This document shows, piece after piece, positions 18,101 through 25,921 of a stretch of DNA of 64,000 bases (position 1 is the stretch's first letter; every line of letters starts with the position of its first letter). This stretch comes from an uncultured Phycisphaeraceae bacterium (GTDB taxonomy: Bacteria; Planctomycetota; Phycisphaerae; Phycisphaerales; UBA1924): positions 40,254 through 104,253 of the forward strand of contig CAYRPC010000001.1 in NCBI GenBank assembly GCA_964425995.1, given 5' to 3'. Position numbers and translations under genes: made by a program. Below the pieces are notes generated by a model, which was not told where the DNA came from, did no database searches, and saw only the letters and a list, made by a program, of their open reading frames with translations.

Positions 18101-19867
18101 ATGCCATCCCAGGCGAACCAATCCGTCAGTGATCAGCCATCGTTGTTCAACGCGCTGCGTCCCTCGCTCGTGCTCATTGCTGTCGTTGCGATCCTCCGCG
18201 TTTTGTACCTTGCCTTCCTTTGTCCCTACACGCTGATCGAGGACGAGGCCCAATACTGGGTCTGGTCCAAGATGCTGGATTGGAGTTATTACACCAAGGG
18301 GCCTGGCGTGGCCTGGGCGATCTTTGCTAGCACAAGTCTCTTTGGCAATGGCGAGTGGGCTGTGCGCCTGCCAAGCGTTATCGCCAGCGCGGTCGGCGCA
18401 TGCTCTCTCTCGGCCCTTGCGTGGGACATCACACGATGCAAGCGCACCGCATTTTTCACGGCCATCGCTTTCCACTGCGTGCCCACGTTTCTTGCCCTGG
18501 GTCTGCTCATGACTATCGATGGGTCGCTGGTCGCCTGCTGGGCGCTGGCCGCCTGGGCGAGTTGGCGCTGCTGGGGCCATGACAGGCGAAACCACGAACG
18601 CACACGCGCGGATGTGCGGTGGCTCCTGCTCCTCGCCGCCACTATCGGTATCGGCACGCTCTTCAAGTACACCATGCTCCTTTTCCTGCCGGGTCTGGTG
18701 GCGTGGCTGCTTATTTGGCGGCGCGAGATATCCCCAATCCATCCGCTCTCCCTCCTCGCTTGCCTCGCGGTTCTCGCCCTGACGCTCGCCCCGATCATCT
18801 ACTGGAACCAACGAGAAGGCTGGCCAACGATCGCGCATCTGCTGGGTCACTTGGGAATCAAAGGCGGCGATGTCGAGGTCACGCAAGGTGCGGGCAGCAT
18901 CGCTGGAACCGGCGGCTGGCATTACAACCCGCTGTGGACCCTGACGTTTCTGGGCACGCAAGTCGCACTCATCGGCCCTGTTCTGTTCCTAGGCCTCCGC
19001 CACGCATGGGCCAGCTACCAACGCAAGGGCATCCTTCAAGTTGGATGCTCCGGGCCCGAACGCGAATTGCAAGCAACCTCCACGAAACGAGCTTGGCAAG
19101 GCCAGTCGCTCTGCATTGCGCTCTCGCTGCCCGTTCTGCTCTTCTATCTGGGCGTCAGTCTGATCGCAGAGCCAGAGGGAAACTGGCCCGTCGCAGGAGC
19201 CGTGACGCTGGTCCCCCTCGCAGCCATGCGAGCCGTGATCGCTCGGGGTCAGTCAGATCGCAACCACTATCGCTGGGCTCGATTCCTCTGGTCCTTCGCG
19301 CTGCTGGTTGGGATGGTCGTTGGCTTTGGCATGCTCCGTGTCGATCTCGCAAGGCACCTGCCCGTGATTGGCAAGTTGGTGCCCGTGGGTCGCTTCACCG
19401 GCGCTCGCGACATGGGAACCGACGCGGCGAAGTTGCTCGACCGACTGCGTGACCAATCTCATCAAGAACCTTTCGTGATTGCGAACCACTATGGACGCGC
19501 CAGCCAACTCTGGTACTACATGCCCCCTCGCCCCGATGGCATACGAGTGCCCGTGTATTGCTCCAGTAGTCTTATGCCGGGCGGGCGGCGCACGCCCTGG
19601 GACTTCTGGCCCACGATGGACCTTCGACGCGCGAAATGGCTCCAAGGCCGACCAGCCCTCACTGTCGGATTGTCAACTTGGCATTGGGAGCAAGTCTTCG
19701 TTCGTGCGACCATGTACGGCGCTCTGGCCGGTGATCACAAGATCAACCAGCAGGGCCAACCCAGTCGCCCTGCTTTTCTCTGCGAGGACTTCCGCGGCTT
19801 CCTTGCTGGTCGCGTGCCCGACCCACCCGCTTCCCCGTCCTCTCCCCCATCGAGGAAAGCGCCATGA
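18101..19867 (+). CDS. ArnT/PMT-like GT-C glycosyltransferase (polyprenyl-phosphate-sugar dependent)
   Basis: Track ORF starts at GTG 18068; ATG 18101 preferred. Multi-pass membrane protein. The first loop has an acidic DE motif (YTLIEDEAQYWVWS) and YYTKGPG, as in GT39/GT83-type enzymes. Confidence 0.7.
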   Translation: MPSQANQSVSDQPSLFNALRPSLVLIAVVAILRVLYLAFLCPYTLIEDEAQYWVWSKMLDWSYYTKGPGVAWAIFASTSLFGNGEWAVRLPSVIASAVGACSLSALAWDITRCKRTAFFTAIAFHCVPTFLALGLLMTIDGSLVACWALAAWASWRCWGHDRRNHERTRADVRWLLLLAATIGIGTLFKYTMLLFLPGLVAWLLIWRREISPIHPLSLLACLAVLALTLAPIIYWNQREGWPTIAHLLGHLGIKGGDVEVTQGAGSIAGTGGWHYNPLWTLTFLGTQVALIGPVLFLGLRHAWASYQRKGILQVGCSGPERELQATSTKRAWQGQSLCIALSLPVLLFYLGVSLIAEPEGNWPVAGAVTLVPLAAMRAVIARGQSDRNHYRWARFLWSFALLVGMVVGFGMLRVDLARHLPVIGKLVPVGRFTGARDMGTDAAKLLDRLRDQSHQEPFVIANHYGRASQLWYYMPPRPDGIRVPVYCSSSLMPGGRRTPWDFWPTMDLRRAKWLQGRPALTVGLSTWHWEQVFVRATMYGALAGDHKINQQGQPSRPAFLCEDFRGFLAGRVPDPPASPSSPPSRKAP

Positions 19868-20592
19868 CTTACCCCACCTCATGGGAGAATGCTAAACGAC
19901 TTCGGAAGGCACTGCTGCTCTTTCTGACGCTGGCGTTGGGTCTGCTCGTGCTGACCCTACTCGACAAACACCTCTGGAATCTGCTGCTACTTGATCCCGA
20001 CAAATCTCTTGAACGCAAGGACTGGTGGCAAGTGCTTCGCCAGATTGGCTCGATCTTCCCATGGCTGATCGTCGCAGCCCTGCTCATCCTCCTCGACCGC
20101 AGCCGCGCCCACAGTTTCACCAATCCCTACAGCGCCCCCACCCTCCGCAAATCCGCATGGCATCGCGGATTGATGGTCCTACTCGCCACGGCGATCTCGG
20201 GCGGTCTCGCCGAAGGTCTCAAAGGCCTGGTGAGAAGAGCCCGACCACTGGAAACCGGCGAGTATCGCTTCGCATGGATCGAGCCGGGCATCCACTTGCC
20301 GGGCGGCCTCGCCAGCAGCCACACCGCCGTTGCCTTCGCTGGCGCGATCATGCTGAGCTGGTTCATTCCCGTATGGCGCGTGCCGCTGATCCTGCTCGCC
20401 TTATGCTGTTCGATGACGCGCGTGATCGTCGGTGCCCACTTCGTCACGGATGTGTACATCGGAATATTGCTGGCATGGGGCACCTGCGCAGTACTTTGGA
20501 AGTTTTTTTGCAAGAACCCCGGCGGCAGCAACCACCCGACGGCCAGTTGGATGCACCTCCGCGACGCGGAACGAAACACCAGCCAACGATGA
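19864..20592 (+). CDS. PAP2-family phosphatase (membrane)
   Basis: All three PAP2 motifs are present: K-x6-RP (KGLVRRARP), SSH (LASSHT), R-x5-H-x3-D (TRVIVGAHFVTD). The ATG overlaps the upstream TGA (ATGA at 19864-19867). Confidence 0.8.
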   Translation: MTYPTSWENAKRLRKALLLFLTLALGLLVLTLLDKHLWNLLLLDPDKSLERKDWWQVLRQIGSIFPWLIVAALLILLDRSRAHSFTNPYSAPTLRKSAWHRGLMVLLATAISGGLAEGLKGLVRRARPLETGEYRFAWIEPGIHLPGGLASSHTAVAFAGAIMLSWFIPVWRVPLILLALCCSMTRVIVGAHFVTDVYIGILLAWGTCAVLWKFFCKNPGGSNHPTASWMHLRDAERNTSQR

Positions 20593-21857
20593 TCAGGCGA
20601 GCCTTGAAGTTCGTCGTTCCACCTATCGCACCAATGCCCATCCTCGACCGTTATATCGCCCGCCAGTTCCTCACCAACGCCCTCTTGCTGATGGCGTTCC
20701 TCATGGCGATGATCGTCGCAGTCGATTTTTCGCTAAACTTCGACGAGTACGTGAAGCAGGCACGTCTGTGGATTGCCCAGGATGCCGGTGCCGGGCTCTC
20801 GCCCGATCAGGCTCGCAACATGGGCGAAGCCGCCCTGCGAAATGCATCGGGCGTGCGCATCGGTGCCCTTGCCTTCTGGGCTGTGATTGACCTGTGGTGG
20901 CCACGATTGTTCCTGCTGTTTGGCTACCTGCTCGGCCCAGTGGTGGTTGGCGCGCTGGGGTTTACATGCGCGTATCTGGTCAAGCAGCGAGAACTCGTGG
21001 CCATCGTCGCGAGCGGCCAATCGCTCTGGCGCGTCGCCCGCCCCATGCTTCTGTGCGCGCTGGGCCTGATCGTGCTGCATGCGGCGAATCGAGAGTTTGT
21101 GATTCCTGCTCTGGCCCCGCGGCTGACCCGCGATGTGAAGCAGCGCGACAACCCAAGCCTGCGAGACTTCACCACCGATGCACAAGGCAGGTTGCTGTAC
21201 ATGCAAGACATCCGCGTGGATACCACCAAGGGCGATGCAACCGACGAATCTGCTGGCGAAGTCCGGGGCTTCTACGCATGGGATCGTGACCAGGAAGGCC
21301 TCATTACCCAGCGCATCAGTGCTGAGCGGGCAGAATGGCAGAACGGAGTTTGGGCTCTGACCAACGGCACTGCAACGCCCCGTTCGATGATCGAGCAGGC
21401 TGGACCCGCAACCCGCATCGCTCCCACGCCCGTGGGAACACTGCAAACCGATGTTGATCCCACCGCCCTGAAACTCCGGCGATTCGAGGGACTCGCGACC
21501 AATCTGGGCACGCGCCAATTGTCGCAACTGGTTGCACGCTATGAATCGCAGGATGTAACCCCTGCGATCCAGCGACGCATCGACACGTACAACCGCATTC
21601 GCTGGGGACGAATAAGCAACCTCGCCGCGACTTTTCTCGCGCTGCTCACTTGCCTTCCCTTCTTTCTCCGAAAAGAGCCCGCGAACATGATTACCCAAAG
21701 TCTTTACGCTGCGCCAGTTGCGCTCGGCGCATTCGCTGCCACATTGGTCGGTACAACGGCACCGATTCCGGGTGTGCCTGCGGCGATTGGAGTCTTCGTT
21801 CCTGTGATCATCATGATTCCGCTCACGATTGCAGCTCTGACAAGCGTGCGAAGTTAG
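20589..21857 (+). CDS. LptF/LptG-family (YjgP/YjgQ) LPS export permease
   Basis: Track ORF 20025..21857 is an upstream shadow extension. ATG 20589 overlaps the PAP2 TGA (ATGA). N-terminal ILDRYIARQFL hallmark, six-TM layout with a large periplasmic insert. Confidence 0.75.
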   Translation: MIRRALKFVVPPIAPMPILDRYIARQFLTNALLLMAFLMAMIVAVDFSLNFDEYVKQARLWIAQDAGAGLSPDQARNMGEAALRNASGVRIGALAFWAVIDLWWPRLFLLFGYLLGPVVVGALGFTCAYLVKQRELVAIVASGQSLWRVARPMLLCALGLIVLHAANREFVIPALAPRLTRDVKQRDNPSLRDFTTDAQGRLLYMQDIRVDTTKGDATDESAGEVRGFYAWDRDQEGLITQRISAERAEWQNGVWALTNGTATPRSMIEQAGPATRIAPTPVGTLQTDVDPTALKLRRFEGLATNLGTRQLSQLVARYESQDVTPAIQRRIDTYNRIRWGRISNLAATFLALLTCLPFFLRKEPANMITQSLYAAPVALGAFAATLVGTTAPIPGVPAAIGVFVPVIIMIPLTIAALTSVRS

Positions 21858-21911
21858 CAACCTCTTCACCCTGCGAGGAGCATTCCGCGATTGGTAATGG
21901 GCCATGGACGC

Positions 21912-21931
21912 AGCGATTGCAAGCGATTGCC
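21912..21931 (+). repeat. tandem 10-bp direct repeat AGCGATTGC(A/C) x2
   Basis: Read directly: agcgattgca agcgattgcc. An inverted copy of GCGATTGC lies at 22057-22064. About 400 nt upstream of the 22326 gene. Confidence 0.9.
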
Positions 21932-22325
21932 CAAGGCTCACAGAATTTGGTTTCCTGCTATCCCCCGAACATTGCAGTGAAATACCCTAAAATTCATAGT
22001 GAATTGCGCAACTTTCGCTTGCAACTCCAAATCCACTCGTGTATGTTTCGCGGACAGCAATCGCGGCTGGACGTACGTCGTTTTCTTCGACCGTCCTGAC
22101 CACGCTGGTTGCGTCACAGGTTCGGGCTTCTGCCAGGATTTCCTCCCGGCGCTGCGCCGAGCCACTCATCGGGAAAGCGTTACACGAGTCGAGGGCAGCT
22201 CCTTGTGTCGCGTCATCCCGTCATCTTGTGCCGTGCTTCAAGCCTGCGAGCGTTCTGTGCGTCCTCGCGTGCTGTGGGTCGTTGTGCGGCTTCCATTCCG
22301 TCTCGTTTTTTCTGGAGTCTCGCCC

Positions 22326-24479
22326 ATGCGTGACCTGTTCACGAATCGCACTGTTGTTTCCCTCCTCGCTTCCGCACTTTTGACTGCCGCGCCTTGTGCA
22401 CTCGCACAATCGACCACGGCGCCGCCCGTGGGTGCGGGGTTGTCGGGTGTCTCTGACTGGAATCGCACGCACGAATTCGCGGATATCTCGCGCCAATCAC
22501 GCACATGGGGTATGGCAAGCGACCCCTGGATGGGTTCCGAAGATATCAGCCTCGATGCAAATCGATGGCCGACAGAGGACGCGGGCGTGGTCGTCATGTG
22601 CTGCCAGCCCCAGGGGCTCAATCTGGGCGGCACCTATCACATCTCCTTTGAATGCGCCACCACACCCACAATCAGAGCCCTCGTCAGCACAGGCACCATC
22701 CAGAACGTGCAGCGCAACGCCTCGACCGGCATTGTCACTGCTGACATGATCGTCCCGGAGAATCCCGAAGCCATCTATCTCAGTTTCACCAATACCGACG
22801 GCGGCGTTCGAAATCTCAAAGTCATGCGTCCGGGCACCCAGCCCGATCAGTTGTTCACGCAGCAGTTCCTTGACTACAACACCCGCTTCAATGTCATCCG
22901 ATTCATGGACTGGACACGCACCAACGGCAGCACCGTCCAGACCTGGGACGATCGCAATGCCCCGCAATCGGGCAATTGGCGCAGTGGCTCAGGCATTCCC
23001 TACGAGGTCTGCATCGACATGTGCAACCAGCTTGGTAGCGACCTCTGGCTCAACGTGCCGCACAGGGCCGATGACAACTTCATCCGCGAAATGGCACGCC
23101 TTGTCCGCGATCGCCTGAACCCCAATCTGCACGTGTACATCGAGTACAGCAACGAGACCTGGAACTTCCTCTTCCCGCAGGCAGACTGGATTCACGAGCA
23201 GGCCTTCACGGAATGCACGACCACCATCAGCGACCTGAACTACGACGACAGCAACGACGAGAACGCCTGGCGCTGGCGTTTCCACGCCCGGCGCACCGTG
23301 CAGGTTGGACGCATCTTCGAGCAAGAGTTTGGTCCCGGCTCTCACAATGGTCGCGTCCGACCCATCCTCGCTGGCCAGTTCGCACGCCCCCATCAGTTTG
23401 ATGTCATGCTCAAGTACATCGAATCCATCTGGGGACGCCCCTCGGATCTCATCTACGCGATCTCCGGCGCACCCTACTTCACGCTCGGCGCTATCGATAA
23501 CCGCACCGATCTCTCGGTCGATGAAATTCTCAACGCAATGGACAACAGCGTTGACAACTGGGAGCGCGATCCCAACCTTGAGCGCCTCGCCGCCGTCAGT
23601 TCCTGGTACAACCTCGCGCCCATGACCGCCTATGAGGGTGGTCCGGATAGCGCTGGCCCCAACAACCTTCCCAACAAACGAATCGCCCAATACGACCCGC
23701 GCATGCGCACCCTCTGCGAGCGATACCTCCGCCACTGGTACTCCAGCGGCGGCGGGCAGTTCCAGTGGTTCGTCTCCGGCGCTCAGAACTGGCTCAGCCC
23801 CTACGGAGCCTATTCCCTGACCGAAACCATGCTCGATCAGGACACGCCCAAGATGCTGGCCGTCGAAGCCATCGCCAACGCCCCTTCGCCAGCGCTCAAC
23901 GCAGGTTATCAGATTCCAGGAGGCTTTGAGACTCGCCGCCATATCCGTCGTGAGACCGGCTGGGACACCCAGCCAACCCCGTTGCTGGGGCCAGGCAGCT
24001 CGCTCGATTATCTGGTCAACTCGCCGAACACTCTCGTCTATAACCTCTTTCTCGAGGCTGCAGCGTTTGCAGACCTCACCAACGTGCAGGTCTGGGTCGA
24101 TTCAACTTTGCAAGGAAACCTGCCCGTCACTCGTACCGGCAGTTCGACCAACGAGGTTTATCATTGGTTCGGTCCCTTCCAGGTGCGCCTGTACTCTGGC
24201 CTGAATGTCATCCGCCTTGCCCCTGTCAACGCCAACTATCAACTGCGCATGCGCATGGTCCAGATCGCCTCGCCATGCGATCCCATCGACTTCAACAACG
24301 ATGGTGTGCTCTTTGATATCATGGACATCGAAGCTTTCCTCTCACGATTCACCGAGGGCCCCTGCGTTCCCAGGGGCGGCAACTGCAACGATGTTGACTT
24401 CAATAATGATGGGTCGTACTACGAGGTGGATGATGTGGAATCTTTCCTGACGGTCTTCACCGAGGGTGAGTGCAGGTAG
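22326..24479 (+). CDS. secreted glycoside-hydrolase-like (clan GH-A-type TIM barrel) protein with C-terminal double dockerin-like module
   Basis: Track ORF starts at 21999. ATG 22326 gives a classical signal peptide (MRDLFTNRTVVSLLASALLTAAPCALAQ). The central region has IRFMDW, LWLNVPH and YIEYSNETWN (an NE-type motif of GH-A enzymes); the family is not assignable by eye. The last 69 aa (24270-24476) are two Cys-bracketed DFNNDG repeats. Confidence 0.6.
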   Translation: MRDLFTNRTVVSLLASALLTAAPCALAQSTTAPPVGAGLSGVSDWNRTHEFADISRQSRTWGMASDPWMGSEDISLDANRWPTEDAGVVVMCCQPQGLNLGGTYHISFECATTPTIRALVSTGTIQNVQRNASTGIVTADMIVPENPEAIYLSFTNTDGGVRNLKVMRPGTQPDQLFTQQFLDYNTRFNVIRFMDWTRTNGSTVQTWDDRNAPQSGNWRSGSGIPYEVCIDMCNQLGSDLWLNVPHRADDNFIREMARLVRDRLNPNLHVYIEYSNETWNFLFPQADWIHEQAFTECTTTISDLNYDDSNDENAWRWRFHARRTVQVGRIFEQEFGPGSHNGRVRPILAGQFARPHQFDVMLKYIESIWGRPSDLIYAISGAPYFTLGAIDNRTDLSVDEILNAMDNSVDNWERDPNLERLAAVSSWYNLAPMTAYEGGPDSAGPNNLPNKRIAQYDPRMRTLCERYLRHWYSSGGGQFQWFVSGAQNWLSPYGAYSLTETMLDQDTPKMLAVEAIANAPSPALNAGYQIPGGFETRRHIRRETGWDTQPTPLLGPGSSLDYLVNSPNTLVYNLFLEAAAFADLTNVQVWVDSTLQGNLPVTRTGSSTNEVYHWFGPFQVRLYSGLNVIRLAPVNANYQLRMRMVQIASPCDPIDFNNDGVLFDIMDIEAFLSRFTEGPCVPRGGNCNDVDFNNDGSYYEVDDVESFLTVFTEGECR

Positions 24480-24496
24480 AGGCATGCAGGTAGAGG
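24471..24496 (+). repeat. tandem duplication TGCAGGTAGAGG-ca-TGCAGGTAGAGG spanning the stop codon of the preceding gene
   Basis: Read directly. The first copy contains the TAG stop (24477-24479). Confidence 0.9.
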
Positions 24497-24585
24497 TTTC
24501 CTTATAAATATCGTCCCTTCTGCACCTTACCCCTTTTATGCGGAGTTTGTACCCGCAGACTGCAAACTGCGCTGGCAACAGTGGC

Positions 24586-24622
24586 GGAAGGTCTCTAGAA
24601 TCCTTTGATCCGGAGACCTTCC
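24586..24622 (+). promoter_or_regulatory. perfect 10-bp inverted repeat (GGAAGGTCTC-N17-GAGACCTTCC) in the ferredoxin leader
   Basis: Read directly. The 3' arm ends 5 nt before ATG 24628 and contains the only GGAG of the leader (24612-24615). Could be an RNA hairpin or a palindromic operator; function unknown. Confidence 0.5.
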
Positions 24623-24627
24623 CCGCT

Positions 24628-24894
24628 ATGCCTCACATTATCACCGAACCCTGCATCGGCACCAAAGACTCGAGTTGCGTCAACGTCTGCCCTGTCGACT
24701 GCATCCATCCTACCAAAAATGAGGCCGACTTTGGCAAGGTCGACCAGCTCTATATCGACCCAGACACCTGCATCGACTGCGCACTCTGCGTGGATGAATG
24801 TCCCGTCAAGGCGATCTATCAGCAGGAAGATGTGCCCAGCGAGTGGAACAAGTATGTCCAGGTCAATCTGGACTACTTCAAGAACAAGGGATGA
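24628..24894 (+). CDS. 7Fe-type ferredoxin ([3Fe-4S][4Fe-4S])
   Basis: Start at ATG 24628 (MPHIITEPCIGTKDSSCVNVCPVDCI). Second cluster CIDCALCVDECP. 88 aa, the FdxA-like pattern. Confidence 0.9.
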   Translation: MPHIITEPCIGTKDSSCVNVCPVDCIHPTKNEADFGKVDQLYIDPDTCIDCALCVDECPVKAIYQQEDVPSEWNKYVQVNLDYFKNKG

Positions 24895-25085
24895 GTAAGC
24901 AAACGGGCATGCACGCAAGCGGGGGCGGGCGAACCGGCAGCCACAAAGGTGCGGCGGAGTCTGCCATTGTATTTTGCGTTTGTCCAGCGCCATGCGGCTG
25001 CGAATAACTGATGTTCTAACCGGCTGACTATCCGGCCCGCTGTCCAGCCCTCACACCCCCAACCCACCATCGCACTTCACCAACC

Positions 25086-25493
25086 ATGCCAATGAACTCT
25101 GACCTCCCTCCAAATTATCCCTTCAAGCCCGAGCTTGAATTGACGCCTCGCCAGGCCCACGCGGCCCTTGCCGCCGGCACTCTCCTGCTGCTCGATGTCC
25201 GTACGTCTCCAGAGTTTGACGCTGCTCACATCGCAAGCAGCCTGCACATCCCCTTGGACGAACTGGAAAATCGCTGGGACGAGATCGAACCCGCCCCGGG
25301 CCAGCAGGTTGGCGTCCTCTGCCACCATGGCGTCCGCAGCATGAAGGCTGCCCTCATGCTCCGCCAACTAGGCCTGTCCAACGTCATGTCGATTGCCGCT
25401 GGCATCGACCAGTGGTCAATCGCCGCAGACGCTGGCGTGCCCCGCTATGAGCGTGCTGGCGGCGTTGTACGCATCGTGCCCACGCTGGGGTAG
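25086..25493 (+). CDS. rhodanese-domain sulfurtransferase
   Basis: Single rhodanese domain: LLLDVRTSPEF, active-site loop CHHGVRS, GIDQW. Confidence 0.85.
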   Translation: MPMNSDLPPNYPFKPELELTPRQAHAALAAGTLLLLDVRTSPEFDAAHIASSLHIPLDELENRWDEIEPAPGQQVGVLCHHGVRSMKAALMLRQLGLSNVMSIAAGIDQWSIAADAGVPRYERAGGVVRIVPTLG

Positions 25494-25684
25494 TTCTGTT
25501 CCCAATCCAACTGTGTTGGCAACTGGCGCTCACCAACTGGCGATTCGCCGGTGGGTGCCTATTCGTTCTCGATACCTCGACCAGAAAGCCAGCATCCATG
25601 CTGCTCTGTCGAAATATGCTGAGTTGATGATCAATCAAACTACCACGCACGCGAGCGTCGGGGATCAAGCATTGGAACAAACCG

Positions 25685-25720
25685 CAGAACAATGCCCAGA
25701 ACAATGCCCAGAACAAAGCG
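25685..25720 (+). repeat. 12-bp tandem repeat CAGAACAATGCC x2 plus a degenerate third copy
   Basis: Read directly: cagaacaatgcc cagaacaatgcc cagaacaaagcg. Lies in the rhodanese / dockerin-gene intergenic region. Confidence 0.9.
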
Positions 25721-25755
25721 CGGAGCAAGCCACGGATTGCTGCCCTGCCTTGTCT

Positions 25756-25784
25756 TGGTCTCTGTCGTAGCGAGACCAGATTTT
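25756..25784 (+). terminator. candidate intrinsic terminator (weak)
   Basis: 7-bp stem TGGTCTC/GAGACCA with a 9-nt loop, followed by gaTTTT. Only four T residues, so weak. Confidence 0.3.
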
Positions 25785-25829
25785 GATCGAGCACAATCAA
25801 CATCATCCCGGTCAAGAACACCACGTCGG

Positions 25830-25863
25830 AAAAAAAACGGAGCCGATCTTTCGATCGGCTCCG
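25830..25863 (-). terminator. Rho-independent terminator of the 25922..27856 gene
   Basis: Perfect 11-bp stem CGGAGCCGATC-tttc-GATCGGCTCCG. On the minus strand it is followed by 8 consecutive U (A-run 25830-25837 on the plus strand). About 60 nt downstream of the stop. Confidence 0.85.
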
Positions 25864-25921
25864 GGTGCGTTGCTGGACAAACTCAAGCAGAGATGCTCAA
25901 GCTTGATTCGGACGAGTCGGA

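Noticed and set aside
20025-20588. Long 5' extensions of track ORFs: 20025.. for LptF/G, 21999.. for the GH-like gene, 50908..52191, 6655..8853, 44500..45714 and 46699..48801.
   Set aside because: The extensions overlap neighbouring genes or lack signal peptides and homology. Internal ATGs restore canonical N-termini (MCGIAG, signal peptides, ILDRYI) and sometimes give ATGA overlaps or GGAG RBSs.
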